NCBI GenBank assembly: GCA_043754515.1
Contig: JAYUUO010000026.1
Coordinates: 1 to 18,570, forward strand
Source of the DNA: Armatimonadota bacterium
GTDB taxonomy: Bacteria > Armatimonadota > Armatimonadia > Armatimonadales > Armatimonadaceae
Length of the DNA: 18,570 nucleotides
Direction of reading: 5' to 3'
This document shows, in pieces, positions 8,286-16,426 of this stretch (within the stretch, counting starts at the first letter, position 1; the number at the start of each line of letters is the position of its first letter). A model generated the notes under the pieces. It had not been told where the DNA came from. It did no database searches and was given only the letters and a program-made list of their open reading frames with translations. The position numbers and the translations under genes are program-made.

Positions 8286-9455
8286 ATGATAAGCCGACGC
8301 GAAATCGCCCTCGCCGCCCCCCAGCCTAAGGACGCCCCGTTCTTGCCCACGGCGTCCCAGACCCGGCGCGGGCCGGATTCGGATATATCAGACATAGCGG
8401 ACAAGGTTTTCGTGGGCGAGCGGCTGTCGGCGGCGGACGGCTTGCGTCTGTTCGAGCATCCGAACCTCGGCGACCTGTCAATGCTCGCCGACCACGCGCG
8501 CCGCGTGAAGAACCCCGAGGAGCGAGTCACCTACGTGATAGGACGCAACGTCAACTACACCAATGTGTGCTGGGTGCGCTGCTCGTTCTGCAACTTCTAC
8601 CGGACGCCGGGGCAGGACGGCGGCTACGTTCTGTCCCAGGAAACCATCTTCCAGAAGATCGAGGAGTTGGTGCAGGTCGGCGGCGTGGAACTCCTGATGC
8701 AGGGGGGACTTAATCCGAAACTCAAGATCGAATACTACGAGGAGCTACTGTCGTCCATACGCGCCCGATTCCCCACGGTGTTGCTACATGCGTTCTCGCC
8801 CGCCGAACTGATTTACGTCAAGAACATCAGCAAATTGACGATGGCGGAGACCCTGATCCGGCTCAAAGCGGCGGGGCTACACTCGGTGCCGGGCGGCGGG
8901 GCGGAGATACTGACCGATCGGGTGCGCGGCTTTATCTCGCCGTATAAAGACACCGCCGAGGAGTGGCTGGACTGCATGCGCACCGCGCACCAGGTCGGGT
9001 TGTACACGTCGGCGACCATGATGTACGGCTCGATAGATACGTTCGCGGACCGCGTCGAGCACCTGATGAGACTGCGCGATCTGCAGGACGAGTCGCTGGC
9101 GAACTACCCGGCGCACTTCCGCGCGTTCATCGCGTGGAACTACCAACCGGACGGCACCGAGCTGGGTGGTGTCCGTGCGTCGGGCTTCGACTACCTGCGC
9201 ACCATCGCCATCGGCCGGATTCTGCTCGATAACTTCCCGCACATCCAAGCGTCCTGGGTGACGCAGGGTCCGAAGATCGGGCAGATCTCGCTCGGCTACG
9301 GCGTGGACGATTTCGGCTCGACGATGATGGAGGAGAACGTCGTCTCGCAGGCAGGTTGCGTGTTCGCGGTGCCGCTCGAGGAGATGGAGCGGCTAATTAC
9401 GGACGCGGGCTACGACGTCAAGCGGCGCAACACGCGCTACGAGATCGTGTCGTGA
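8286..9455 (+). CDS. mqnC: Cyclic dehypoxanthinyl futalosine synthase (radical SAM, futalosine menaquinone pathway)
   Basis: RNVNYTNVCWVRCSFCNF (CX3CX2C), LMQGGLNP, PGGGAEIL, IQASWVTQG, DDFGSTMMEENVVSQAG. Start ATG 8286; the ORF-track start at 8190 is the -35 box. Confidence 0.9.
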   Translation: MISRREIALAAPQPKDAPFLPTASQTRRGPDSDISDIADKVFVGERLSAADGLRLFEHPNLGDLSMLADHARRVKNPEERVTYVIGRNVNYTNVCWVRCSFCNFYRTPGQDGGYVLSQETIFQKIEELVQVGGVELLMQGGLNPKLKIEYYEELLSSIRARFPTVLLHAFSPAELIYVKNISKLTMAETLIRLKAAGLHSVPGGGAEILTDRVRGFISPYKDTAEEWLDCMRTAHQVGLYTSATMMYGSIDTFADRVEHLMRLRDLQDESLANYPAHFRAFIAWNYQPDGTELGGVRASGFDYLRTIAIGRILLDNFPHIQASWVTQGPKIGQISLGYGVDDFGSTMMEENVVSQAGCVFAVPLEEMERLITDAGYDVKRRNTRYEIVS

Positions 9456-9503
9456 CCTCCGGGAGGCGCGTGCCGTGATGCGGGTGCGAATAGGAGGACT
9501 TGT

Positions 9504-10082
9504 ATGACCACGCGGTTCTGGGGGACGGTGACGGCAGCGCGAGCGCGCCTGACGCTCGCCAAATTCGAGGGGGAGAACTACCCGACGTCCGACGGGCACT
9601 ACCTACTCGTCGTCGGCACCCTCACGGTCGGCGGCGGCCCCCCTCTGCCCGGCACGGCTACGGTCGCCATTGGGCCGAGGGCGCAGGAGGAGAAGCGGTT
9701 TGCGGTCGGCGACCTGGTGCGCGGGGACGGCGAGCCGGTGCCGGAAACCAACCGCGACGTTTGTGCCGACCTGTACCGCGCACGCACGGTTCACCTGCTG
9801 GCGCGTGCGGCGGATCGCGGCGTCACCGGACGCCCCCCGGATCCGCCGCGCACCGACCCACCCCTCTCGCCGGAAGCCGCCACCCGCGCATCGCGACGCC
9901 CGCTCAGCCCCGGCAACCTCGCGCCCGGCGGCGCGTGCGAATCGTGCCCGTATGGAACCGTGATCGCCGTGGTACGCCTGTCCGACCCGCGCGATATGCG
10001 GCGCGGCATCTGGTCGCGGGTACCGGCGTGTCTCGGCCCGATTGACTGCGTCTACTATGCGCCGCCCGCGCCCGAGGGCTAA
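9504..10082 (+). CDS. Hypothetical protein with C-terminal four-Cys motif, probably co-transcribed with mqnC
   Basis: AGGAGG SD at 9492-9497; beta-rich N-terminus; CESCPYG ... CLGPIDC. Confidence 0.65.
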   Translation: MTTRFWGTVTAARARLTLAKFEGENYPTSDGHYLLVVGTLTVGGGPPLPGTATVAIGPRAQEEKRFAVGDLVRGDGEPVPETNRDVCADLYRARTVHLLARAADRGVTGRPPDPPRTDPPLSPEAATRASRRPLSPGNLAPGGACESCPYGTVIAVVRLSDPRDMRRGIWSRVPACLGPIDCVYYAPPAPEG

Positions 10083-10089
10083 CTGCGTC

Positions 10090-13000
10090 CTACTCCCGCG
10101 AGCAGATCAGCTGGTACGGGCAACGGTCGCACTCGCCGCTCACGGTCGGGGCCACGACCCCGCGCTTCATCCGCTCCACCGCGTCTTTCAGATTTTTAAG
10201 TCGGTTGCATTTCGCCTTAGTTCCAGGCGTTACTGGGAGGTCGACGCCGCCCGCGTGCGGGTAGTAGAATGACACCGCCGCGCCGCCGCGGTCCGAGCAC
10301 TCCGCGCTCTCATGATCCGCGTGCAGTGCATATAACTTCGCGCGGCTATCGTCAGGAGTGGTCTTCGGCACCTGAGTCCCTGACTTGTGACGGCGGTAGA
10401 GTTTCGGGCCTACCGCCGGGGTGATCTCTTCGTCCACGCTGAAGCGGAGTGCGTGTGTCGCGCCGTCCGCGAAGGTGCCGAGCGGTAATGTTTTGGATTG
10501 TCTGTACGCGACGGTGGTGTTTTGCGCGGTCGCGGCCGTCATCTGCTTTTCGATGTGCGAGACCAGCCGCTCCGCCGCCTTCCGGAACAACGGCGTCTGC
10601 CAGTCGGAAACATCAGGCCCCGCTTGCTCCCAATTGCGGGCGAAGGCGGCGCGAAACTTCACCGGGTCACCCCCCGCATCCCGCGCCGCATTATAGACGG
10701 CCTGGTGGTAGTTGAGAAACGCGCTCTCTGTCTGGGGTAGGTCGTAGATTTCCGCGAACAGGTACTTTCGGGGGCATCCCTCGTACAGGCGCAACAGGTA
10801 CTCCGGTATCTCCTCCCGCACCGAGAACGGGATCAACTCCGGGCCGGGGGCGGTCTCATCGCTAGCGGATGTCGTCGGCACCGCTGCTTCGTATGCGGAC
10901 GCAATGTCGTCGCCCGAGGCGCACGTCTCCCCGCTCGCCGCCAGATGCTCCGTGACCGCGCTACGCAGAGATGAGATCGCGCCGGCTGAGCGCGACCCGT
11001 ACCGCGCCGCGCTGGATAGGTACAGTTTGTCGCGGGCACGAGTGACCGCGACATAAAAGACGCACGCTTCCTCACGTTCGTGCGCTTCCCCCGGCGTCGC
11101 GTCGTCCGTTTGAATCAAAGGTGGCGGAATCGGTAGCGTATCTTCGCGCTCGCGGACAGGAAATTCACCCTCGACGCAGACCGGGACGAACACCGCGCCC
11201 CATTCCAACCCTTTGCTACTGTGCGCGGTGAGGATAGAGACCGCGTCGCCGACGCGCGGCAACTCGTCTGACACGCCCAGCCCCCCCGACTCGAGCGCGG
11301 CGGAAACGTAGGCGAGGAATGCCCCGGTATCTGTGCCCGTTTCTAGCCGGTCGGCGTCCTCGTCCATTGGCAATTCGGGCGCGTCGGTGGGTGCGGTTTG
11401 GCTGGTCACCGCCTCGCCGGACCCCGCCGCCCCGCCTGTAGAAATCGACGCCACTTCGGCCCGTGCCGCGCTGGCGAGCGCGTCCCGCCCGGTGGCGAAC
11501 GCCGCCGCCAGGTCCAGCGTCTGCCCGACGGTCGCCAGCACAGCCCGTGCCGCGTACTCCGTTTTCGCGTCAGTCGACAGAAGCGAGCGGAACCAGCGGG
11601 CATGCTCGAACAGGTAGACGGACAGGTTGTGGTGCGGGCGGGCGGTCACGGACAGTGCATCGGCGACGCCAAGTAGCTCGCGGCAGACGACGCGCCCCGC
11701 GCCGGATAGTGTCACGATTCCGCCGTACGCCGCCGCTCGTAGGAGTTTCCGCGCCCCCCATCGTCCGCGACGGTCGGCGAACAACGCCCGCCGGTCCGTT
11801 TCCGATAGCGCAAAGTCCGACGTCGTACCCGCGCCTGCGGGCAACATTGAAAGCCCCGCGATCCCTCGCGTATCATCCGCCGCAAGTAGCAACGCACTGA
11901 CGAGAACGCGGAAGACCGGCCGCTCGTGAATAGGCCCCGCCCACCGGTGCGGGATGCCCGCCCGCGTCAGCGCGGCCGCGATCCGCTCGGCGTGGTTGCG
12001 CTTGCGCACCAGCACCGCCATATCACTCAGTGTACGTCCCCTGTCCTCCTCACTTCGGATATGCGCGGCGATCCAATGGTTCTCGGCAGTCACGTCCGGC
12101 AGGTGCGCCGACATTACGGCGGGCGTTCCGTCCTCACTCGCGGGCCGCGTCGCGTTTAAGTCTGGCGGCACGAGACCCGGATGGTTCCCCAAGATCGGGA
12201 CGGGCACCCCGGCACCGGCCCGCACGATAGCGGGAACAGAACGGTAGTTCCGCCCCAGCCGTACCACCGTGGCGGACGGATAATACTCCCCCGTAAAGAA
12301 GCGCGACAAGTTCACCGGGGACGCGCCACGAAACCCGAAGATACTCTGTCGCGGGTCGCCCACCACCCATACCACGCCGCGGCCACCGTCTAGCTCACGC
12401 GTCAGCCCCCCCGACACATAGTTGATGTCCTGGAACTCGTCCACAAGGATGTGCTGGTACCGCTCGCGGATTTCGGCGGCGACCTCCGACACGGTGAACA
12501 GACGCAACGCTTCGGTTTGCAAGTCGCCGTAGTCGAGTAGACCGCGACGACGCAGGGTGCGCTGGTAATCGGCGTAGAACGTCGCGCCGTCCGCGACCCA
12601 ATCCGGCTCTGAACTGGTGTCCGGGTTCGCGTCGCGCCACCCCTGCGCCAGCCGCTCCCATTCCTCCACGCCCGCGTTCTCCTCTTTCGCGCGGCTAACC
12701 GCCTTCAACTGAGTCCGCAGACTTTCGAGCGCGCCGGTGACGCCGCTCAAAAATCCGAACGCTGCATTGGCGGCGCGGCGGCGGCACAGGAGTAGAGCGT
12801 CCATCGGCGTCACCAGTCGCAAAGGCGTTTTGAGGCCGATGCGTCCGCCGTACTGCTGAAGCAGTTGCAGGCCGAATGCGTGAAACGTGAACACCTCGAC
12901 ACTCGCCGCGTGTTCTTCCCCGACCCGCGCCGCGATCCGCTCACGCATTTCGCCCGCCGCGCGGTTCGTGAATGTCAGAGCAAGGATGTGTCTCGGGTGA

Positions 13001-13806
13001 ATCCCCTCCGACACGAGGCGGGCGTAGCGCGAAACCAGAATGCGCGTCTTGCCCGCGCCCGGACCGGCGACGATCAGCGCGGGCGCCGCGCAATCGGCGG
13101 CGGCACGTTGCTCGGGATCAAGGGGCGCGGCAAGATCGTCGTTGACGCTAGCAGGGGGCGGATCGTCACCCGCTCCGGCAGGCGCGGCGAACAAAAGGGT
13201 GTTCGCCATGCCGACCCGCATCAGCGAGTGAGCGACGCCGAAATGTGCCGCAAGCGACCCTACGGTACGAAGGGGACTGGATTCCAGCAGGCGGCGCAGT
13301 TCGTCGCCCGGCACCAATAGCTCGGTCGCGAACGCGTTCGCCTGAATCTCGTAGTAGTCACGCTCGTTATAGCCGCGCAGGAGCGTCATCGCGTGTTCGG
13401 ACAGGTCTAGCCCGGTGAGTTGCGCTTGCCGTCCCGCCGACAGGTCGCCGGACGCGATATCGGGGTTGATCGTCGCGGCGGTGTCGGCGAGCACGGCGTG
13501 GAGCGGGTGATCCAACGCGTGATGCCCTATCTCGTGCGCGATCACGAAGGCGGCGCGTTCCGTCGGGAGGCCAGGGCGGATCAGGATTAAACCGTCCACG
13601 CGGTTCAGTTCGCCTTCAATATTGGTGCCCGCGAGACTTTCGTCGTTTATCACGGTCAGCCCGAAGACAAGCTCGGCGACCTGTTCGAGCAGGGCGCGGA
13701 GCGGGATGGCCTCGCCGAGTGTCCCACGCGGCGTCCCCCCACGCGCAACGAACTCCTCGTTCCAGAGGCGGCTAACGCGCTTCTGGATTAGCACGGCGGC
13801 ATCCAC
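10090..13806 (-). CDS. Fusion protein: ImmA/IrrE (M78) metallopeptidase + UvrD/PcrA SF1 helicase + C-terminal AddB/Cas4-like Fe-S PD-(D/E)XK-like domain
   Basis: FVIAHEIGH (HEIGH at 13522-13536) and EIQANAFATELLVP; AGPGAGKT (13045-13068), ALTFTNRAA, LVDEFQD (DEFQD at 12427-12441), VGDPRQSIFGFRG, NYRS, TAHSSKGLEW, FYVAVTRAR; YEGCPRKY ... CDRCPYQLIC. GTG start 6 bp after the upstream stop. Confidence 0.9.
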   Translation of the reverse strand: MDAAVLIQKRVSRLWNEEFVARGGTPRGTLGEAIPLRALLEQVAELVFGLTVINDESLAGTNIEGELNRVDGLILIRPGLPTERAAFVIAHEIGHHALDHPLHAVLADTAATINPDIASGDLSAGRQAQLTGLDLSEHAMTLLRGYNERDYYEIQANAFATELLVPGDELRRLLESSPLRTVGSLAAHFGVAHSLMRVGMANTLLFAAPAGAGDDPPPASVNDDLAAPLDPEQRAAADCAAPALIVAGPGAGKTRILVSRYARLVSEGIHPRHILALTFTNRAAGEMRERIAARVGEEHAASVEVFTFHAFGLQLLQQYGGRIGLKTPLRLVTPMDALLLCRRRAANAAFGFLSGVTGALESLRTQLKAVSRAKEENAGVEEWERLAQGWRDANPDTSSEPDWVADGATFYADYQRTLRRRGLLDYGDLQTEALRLFTVSEVAAEIRERYQHILVDEFQDINYVSGGLTRELDGGRGVVWVVGDPRQSIFGFRGASPVNLSRFFTGEYYPSATVVRLGRNYRSVPAIVRAGAGVPVPILGNHPGLVPPDLNATRPASEDGTPAVMSAHLPDVTAENHWIAAHIRSEEDRGRTLSDMAVLVRKRNHAERIAAALTRAGIPHRWAGPIHERPVFRVLVSALLLAADDTRGIAGLSMLPAGAGTTSDFALSETDRRALFADRRGRWGARKLLRAAAYGGIVTLSGAGRVVCRELLGVADALSVTARPHHNLSVYLFEHARWFRSLLSTDAKTEYAARAVLATVGQTLDLAAAFATGRDALASAARAEVASISTGGAAGSGEAVTSQTAPTDAPELPMDEDADRLETGTDTGAFLAYVSAALESGGLGVSDELPRVGDAVSILTAHSSKGLEWGAVFVPVCVEGEFPVREREDTLPIPPPLIQTDDATPGEAHEREEACVFYVAVTRARDKLYLSSAARYGSRSAGAISSLRSAVTEHLAASGETCASGDDIASAYEAAVPTTSASDETAPGPELIPFSVREEIPEYLLRLYEGCPRKYLFAEIYDLPQTESAFLNYHQAVYNAARDAGGDPVKFRAAFARNWEQAGPDVSDWQTPLFRKAAERLVSHIEKQMTAATAQNTTVAYRQSKTLPLGTFADGATHALRFSVDEEITPAVGPKLYRRHKSGTQVPKTTPDDSRAKLYALHADHESAECSDRGGAAVSFYYPHAGGVDLPVTPGTKAKCNRLKNLKDAVERMKRGVVAPTVSGECDRCPYQLICSRE

Positions 13807-13812
13807 TCGTGG

Positions 13813-14589
13813 TTACGCCCCCGCGCCGTCGGAGCTATTCGGGCCGATGTCCGCGGCTACGCCCACCCAGTAGGCGGTCTGTTCCGGGGTAAGTGCCGTC
13901 CGTATCCGCTCGAACTCGGCGTCGAAGTCCTCGGTTGCCCCCCGCCGCTCGCGCACCAGGTCGGATTCGGGCACGCCCCGCGCCGAGTAGGCCGCTGCGG
14001 TGACCAGGGGGGAATTTGCACCCGTCGCTTGAAGCACCGCCCGCGCCTGCTCGCGGCTAACAGTTAGGGCGTCCGCGACAGCCCGCGTCAGTCGCTCGGG
14101 CCAATCCCGGAACTGCCCGCGCTCGATCTTTAAAAGTAACTCCTTCGGCACATACAGCCGCCGCGCCAGTTCCGCCAGACTCCAGCCGCGCGCCTTGCGC
14201 TCCTCACCGAGCGCGGCCGCGACAGAGACGGCTGGCTCCCTTAGCAGCACGGAAGCACTCGCGGCACGTGTCAGTCCGAGTTGCGACCGGGCAGCGGCGA
14301 TTCCGGCGTCCGCCGCCGCGATGAACTCCGTCGTGTACTCGGCCTTATCTTCGCGGAGCCGCTGTTCGGCGGGCAATACTATCAGAACGGCATCCAGTAG
14401 CGGCGCGGCGTAGCGAGGGTAGCGGCGCGCGACGCGGTCGTACGCTCCCCCCTCGCCGGATTCCATCGCGAGCAACAGTTCATCCAGCGCGGTCTCATAA
14501 AGCGGCTCGTCGAGTAGCGATCCGAACCCCAGAGTAGCCGCATCGTCGGTAGGGGCGGACGTCGTTTCGTTTTCGTTTGGTGTATTCAT
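13813..14589 (-). CDS. XRE-family helix-turn-helix protein with an N-terminal helical extension
   Basis: LGEERKARGWSLAELARRLYVPKELLLKIERGQ is an HTH_3/XRE pattern; AGGAG upstream. Confidence 0.8.
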   Translation of the reverse strand: MNTPNENETTSAPTDDAATLGFGSLLDEPLYETALDELLLAMESGEGGAYDRVARRYPRYAAPLLDAVLIVLPAEQRLREDKAEYTTEFIAAADAGIAAARSQLGLTRAASASVLLREPAVSVAAALGEERKARGWSLAELARRLYVPKELLLKIERGQFRDWPERLTRAVADALTVSREQARAVLQATGANSPLVTAAAYSARGVPESDLVRERRGATEDFDAEFERIRTALTPEQTAYWVGVAADIGPNSSDGAGA

Positions 14590-14652
14590 GTCTGAGGGAC
14601 ACTCCTTTTTTTCGGGTGGTGTCGAGAACAGTCGGTGTCAGGAGTCGGCATT

Positions 14653-15480
14653 TTAATAGGTCGCGGCGAGGTAGTCGCCGTACTCACCGTGGGAGGCGTG
14701 ACGCGCCCGCGCCCATGCGTGCATGTCGGCGCGCGCCCTCTCTATGTAGTTATAAACGGTCTTCTCGGAACGCACACCGAGTATCCGCGCGATCGCGGCG
14801 TGTGTCAATCCGCGAACGGAAAGGAGAATCGCCTCGCGGTGGCGCGGATCACGGACGGCTTCCAGAAGCGAATCTAGCGCGGCCTCCTCAAATAGCGTTT
14901 TGAGCGCGGAATTTGAGTCGGGGTCATGCGACTCGGCGAGCATATCTCCGGTATCGTCGCCCGACGCGGCGAGTGGGCGATCCGCCTCGCGCTGTTCGCG
15001 GGGGTAAGCGGGGGCGTCGCTGTCGCCACCCGGTTTTACCCACTCGCGCCCGTAGCCCCGTTGCACTCCGCGCGTAAACAGGTTGTAGGCCAGACGTTTG
15101 AGACAGGTCCAGAACATCACCGGCTTCTCCCAACCTCGCGCACTCTCACCGCTTCCCAGATCCTGCCACTTCTGATACAGCGCGAGGGTGAGGTCGCGCG
15201 CGCCATCCGTGGTCAACGACGTGTCGTGGAGGTAGGCGTTAGCGTATGCTAAGAGTCTCCCCCGAGTTAGATCGAGCGCGCGTTCGCACGCGGCGTCGCC
15301 ACGACGCTTCGCATCGTCCGCCTTAGCCAGTTCCCCGCGTTCCCGGTGCGCCGCTTCGCACTTCCAGTGGCGGCGCATCTCTGTCACCAGGCCCGCGCAC
15401 TCGGTCGCCTTGTTCGCGCCGCCGACGCCTCGGGCGGGGGAAGGGTCGGGATGATTCGTCGTGGATTGCGTCGGGTTCAT
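14653..15480 (-). CDS. ECF-type sigma-70 family RNA polymerase sigma factor (divergent)
   Basis: Region-2-like LLAYANAYL..ARDLTLALYQKW..FWTCLKRLAYNLF; region-4 HTH PRHREAILLSVRGLTHAAIARILGVRSEKTVYNYIERARADM; AGGA SD. Confidence 0.8.
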   Translation of the reverse strand: MNPTQSTTNHPDPSPARGVGGANKATECAGLVTEMRRHWKCEAAHRERGELAKADDAKRRGDAACERALDLTRGRLLAYANAYLHDTSLTTDGARDLTLALYQKWQDLGSGESARGWEKPVMFWTCLKRLAYNLFTRGVQRGYGREWVKPGGDSDAPAYPREQREADRPLAASGDDTGDMLAESHDPDSNSALKTLFEEAALDSLLEAVRDPRHREAILLSVRGLTHAAIARILGVRSEKTVYNYIERARADMHAWARARHASHGEYGDYLAATY

Positions 15481-15761
15481 AATATCCTGTTCCTAAGCGG
15501 GTAGATGTCGCGCAAACCGGCGTTCATCCGTCGCTTATAGGGAGAGTTGTCACGGTTGCGCCGTCCCAGTCGGTAAAGTTTGGTGAAAAACCTTCGGGGT
15601 GTGACGGGCCGCGTGTCCACCCGAAGAGACAGCATTATTCGTGCCGTTCACTCGTTATGCATCCGGGGATGGGTCTTGATGCAAAAAAATCTTTTAATCT
15701 GGTACTATTACGAGACATTATGCACTTCGTTTTGAGCAATTTTCTATCCTAAAAAACTGTT

Positions 15762-15812
15762 ATCGTTGCAACAATTCGATAATCTTCTCTGTTTTTCCTA
15801 CAGTGCAACGAT
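15762..15812. promoter_or_regulatory. 9-bp inverted repeat in the AT-rich divergent promoter region (candidate operator)
   Basis: ATCGTTGCA (15762-15770) ... TGCAACGAT (15804-15812); related TGGCAA units at 15832 and 15838. Confidence 0.4.
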
Positions 15813-15852
15813 TATCCTGATTCATGTTGGGTGGCAATGGCAACGCGGAACA

Positions 15853-15861
15853 TGGTATTAT
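15853..15861 (+). promoter_or_regulatory. Extended -10 promoter (TG-G-TATTAT) directly upstream of the structured region
   Basis: TGgTATTAT; predicted TSS ~15866-15868 coincides with the first base-paired nucleotides. Confidence 0.6.
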
Positions 15862-15917
15862 ATATACGTAATCGCGCTGGAGTTCGCTAGAAGAGGGAAC
15901 CAGGTGTGAATTACGTG

Positions 15918-15959
15918 GCGACCGCGTAGTTCAGTAGGAGCATACGACGGTCGTTTTTT
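15918..15959 (+). terminator. Intrinsic terminator (3:4 stem of a putative attenuator)
   Basis: GCGACCG(15918-15924)/CGGTCGT(15948-15954) with inner CGTA/TACG and GTTC/GAGC pairs, then TTTTTT (15954-15959). Confidence 0.65.
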
Positions 15960-16365
15960 GTTACCTAAGTAGGAGTTACGCGGTTGGCGGTTTCGGATGC
16001 CCGGATCTGTCCGTCCCACCCGCAAGCGGGTACCCAATGTCCGGCTACGAAGTAGCCTAGACAGGCAATCGTCAAAACAAGTTTTGACTGTACTTGTTTC
16101 GCCGATGACATGGGTTTCAACCCGCGTTCTTAATGAACCGTGTAACTCCTACCTAATATACCCCCTCATCAACACCGATGTGTCGGCGTCGCCAGCAATG
16201 GACCTGCTGTCAGACCTTGCGGGTGTCAGAATTCGAGCTAGGTATCCTCAGCCCCTGACGCGGTACCGACTCTAAAGTCCTTGACCATTCGCCCACCCCG
16301 GTGGATTTATTGATGTGTCTCCTACCAGGCATATGTATGGCTCGCATGCTTCGGAAAACATATGT

Positions 16366-16419
16366 GTTTCCTGGAAGGGCACTGTTTCTTGGTTAGAAAA
16401 CAGTGCCTTTTCAGGAAAC
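16366..16419. terminator. 22-bp hairpin between the candidate RNA and the convergent DUF1573 gene
   Basis: GTTTCCTGGAAGGGCACTGTTT / AAACAGTGCCTTTTCAGGAAAC with two G-U pairs on +; 7 nt from the minus-strand stop at 16427. Confidence 0.6.
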
Positions 16420-16426
16420 TAATTGT

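Larger units (their letters stand above)
15866..16419 (+). ncRNA. Candidate large structured non-coding RNA of unrecognised family
   Basis: Dense helices whose mismatches are mostly G-U on the + strand: 15866-15916, 15907-15933, 15918-15954, 15969-15985/16136-16152 (enclosing four hairpins), 16223-16229/16255-16261, 16366-16419. No convincing ORF. Confidence 0.55.

Noticed and set aside
8286..9455. MqnE or CofH assignment
   Set aside because: The NYTNVC, QASWVTQG and MMEENVV motifs fit MqnC better than its paralogues.
10090..10810. CRISPR-Cas assignment from the Cas4-like Cys cluster
   Set aside because: No repeat-spacer array and no cas1/cas2; the domain is fused to UvrD as in AddAB/AdnAB-type proteins.
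343..15252. Numerous overlapping alternative-frame and antisense ORFs (e.g. 343..1131, 5802..6500, 6546..7142, 9500..10045)
   Set aside because: Arg/Pro/Gly-rich shadow ORFs typical of high-GC DNA, overlapping better-supported genes.
15874..15900. Fluoride-riboswitch-like 5' segment GCGCTGGAGTTCGC
   Set aside because: The 3' consensus (AAC.GC...GCTRATGACTCCT) does not follow.
15969..16152. Retron msr-msd (inverted repeats flanking a structured RNA)
   Set aside because: No reverse transcriptase in the window and no long msd-type hairpin.
15997..16275. 92-aa ORF within the structured region
   Set aside because: No adjacent SD, no recognisable motif, atypical codon usage; better explained as an incidental ORF, though not formally excluded.
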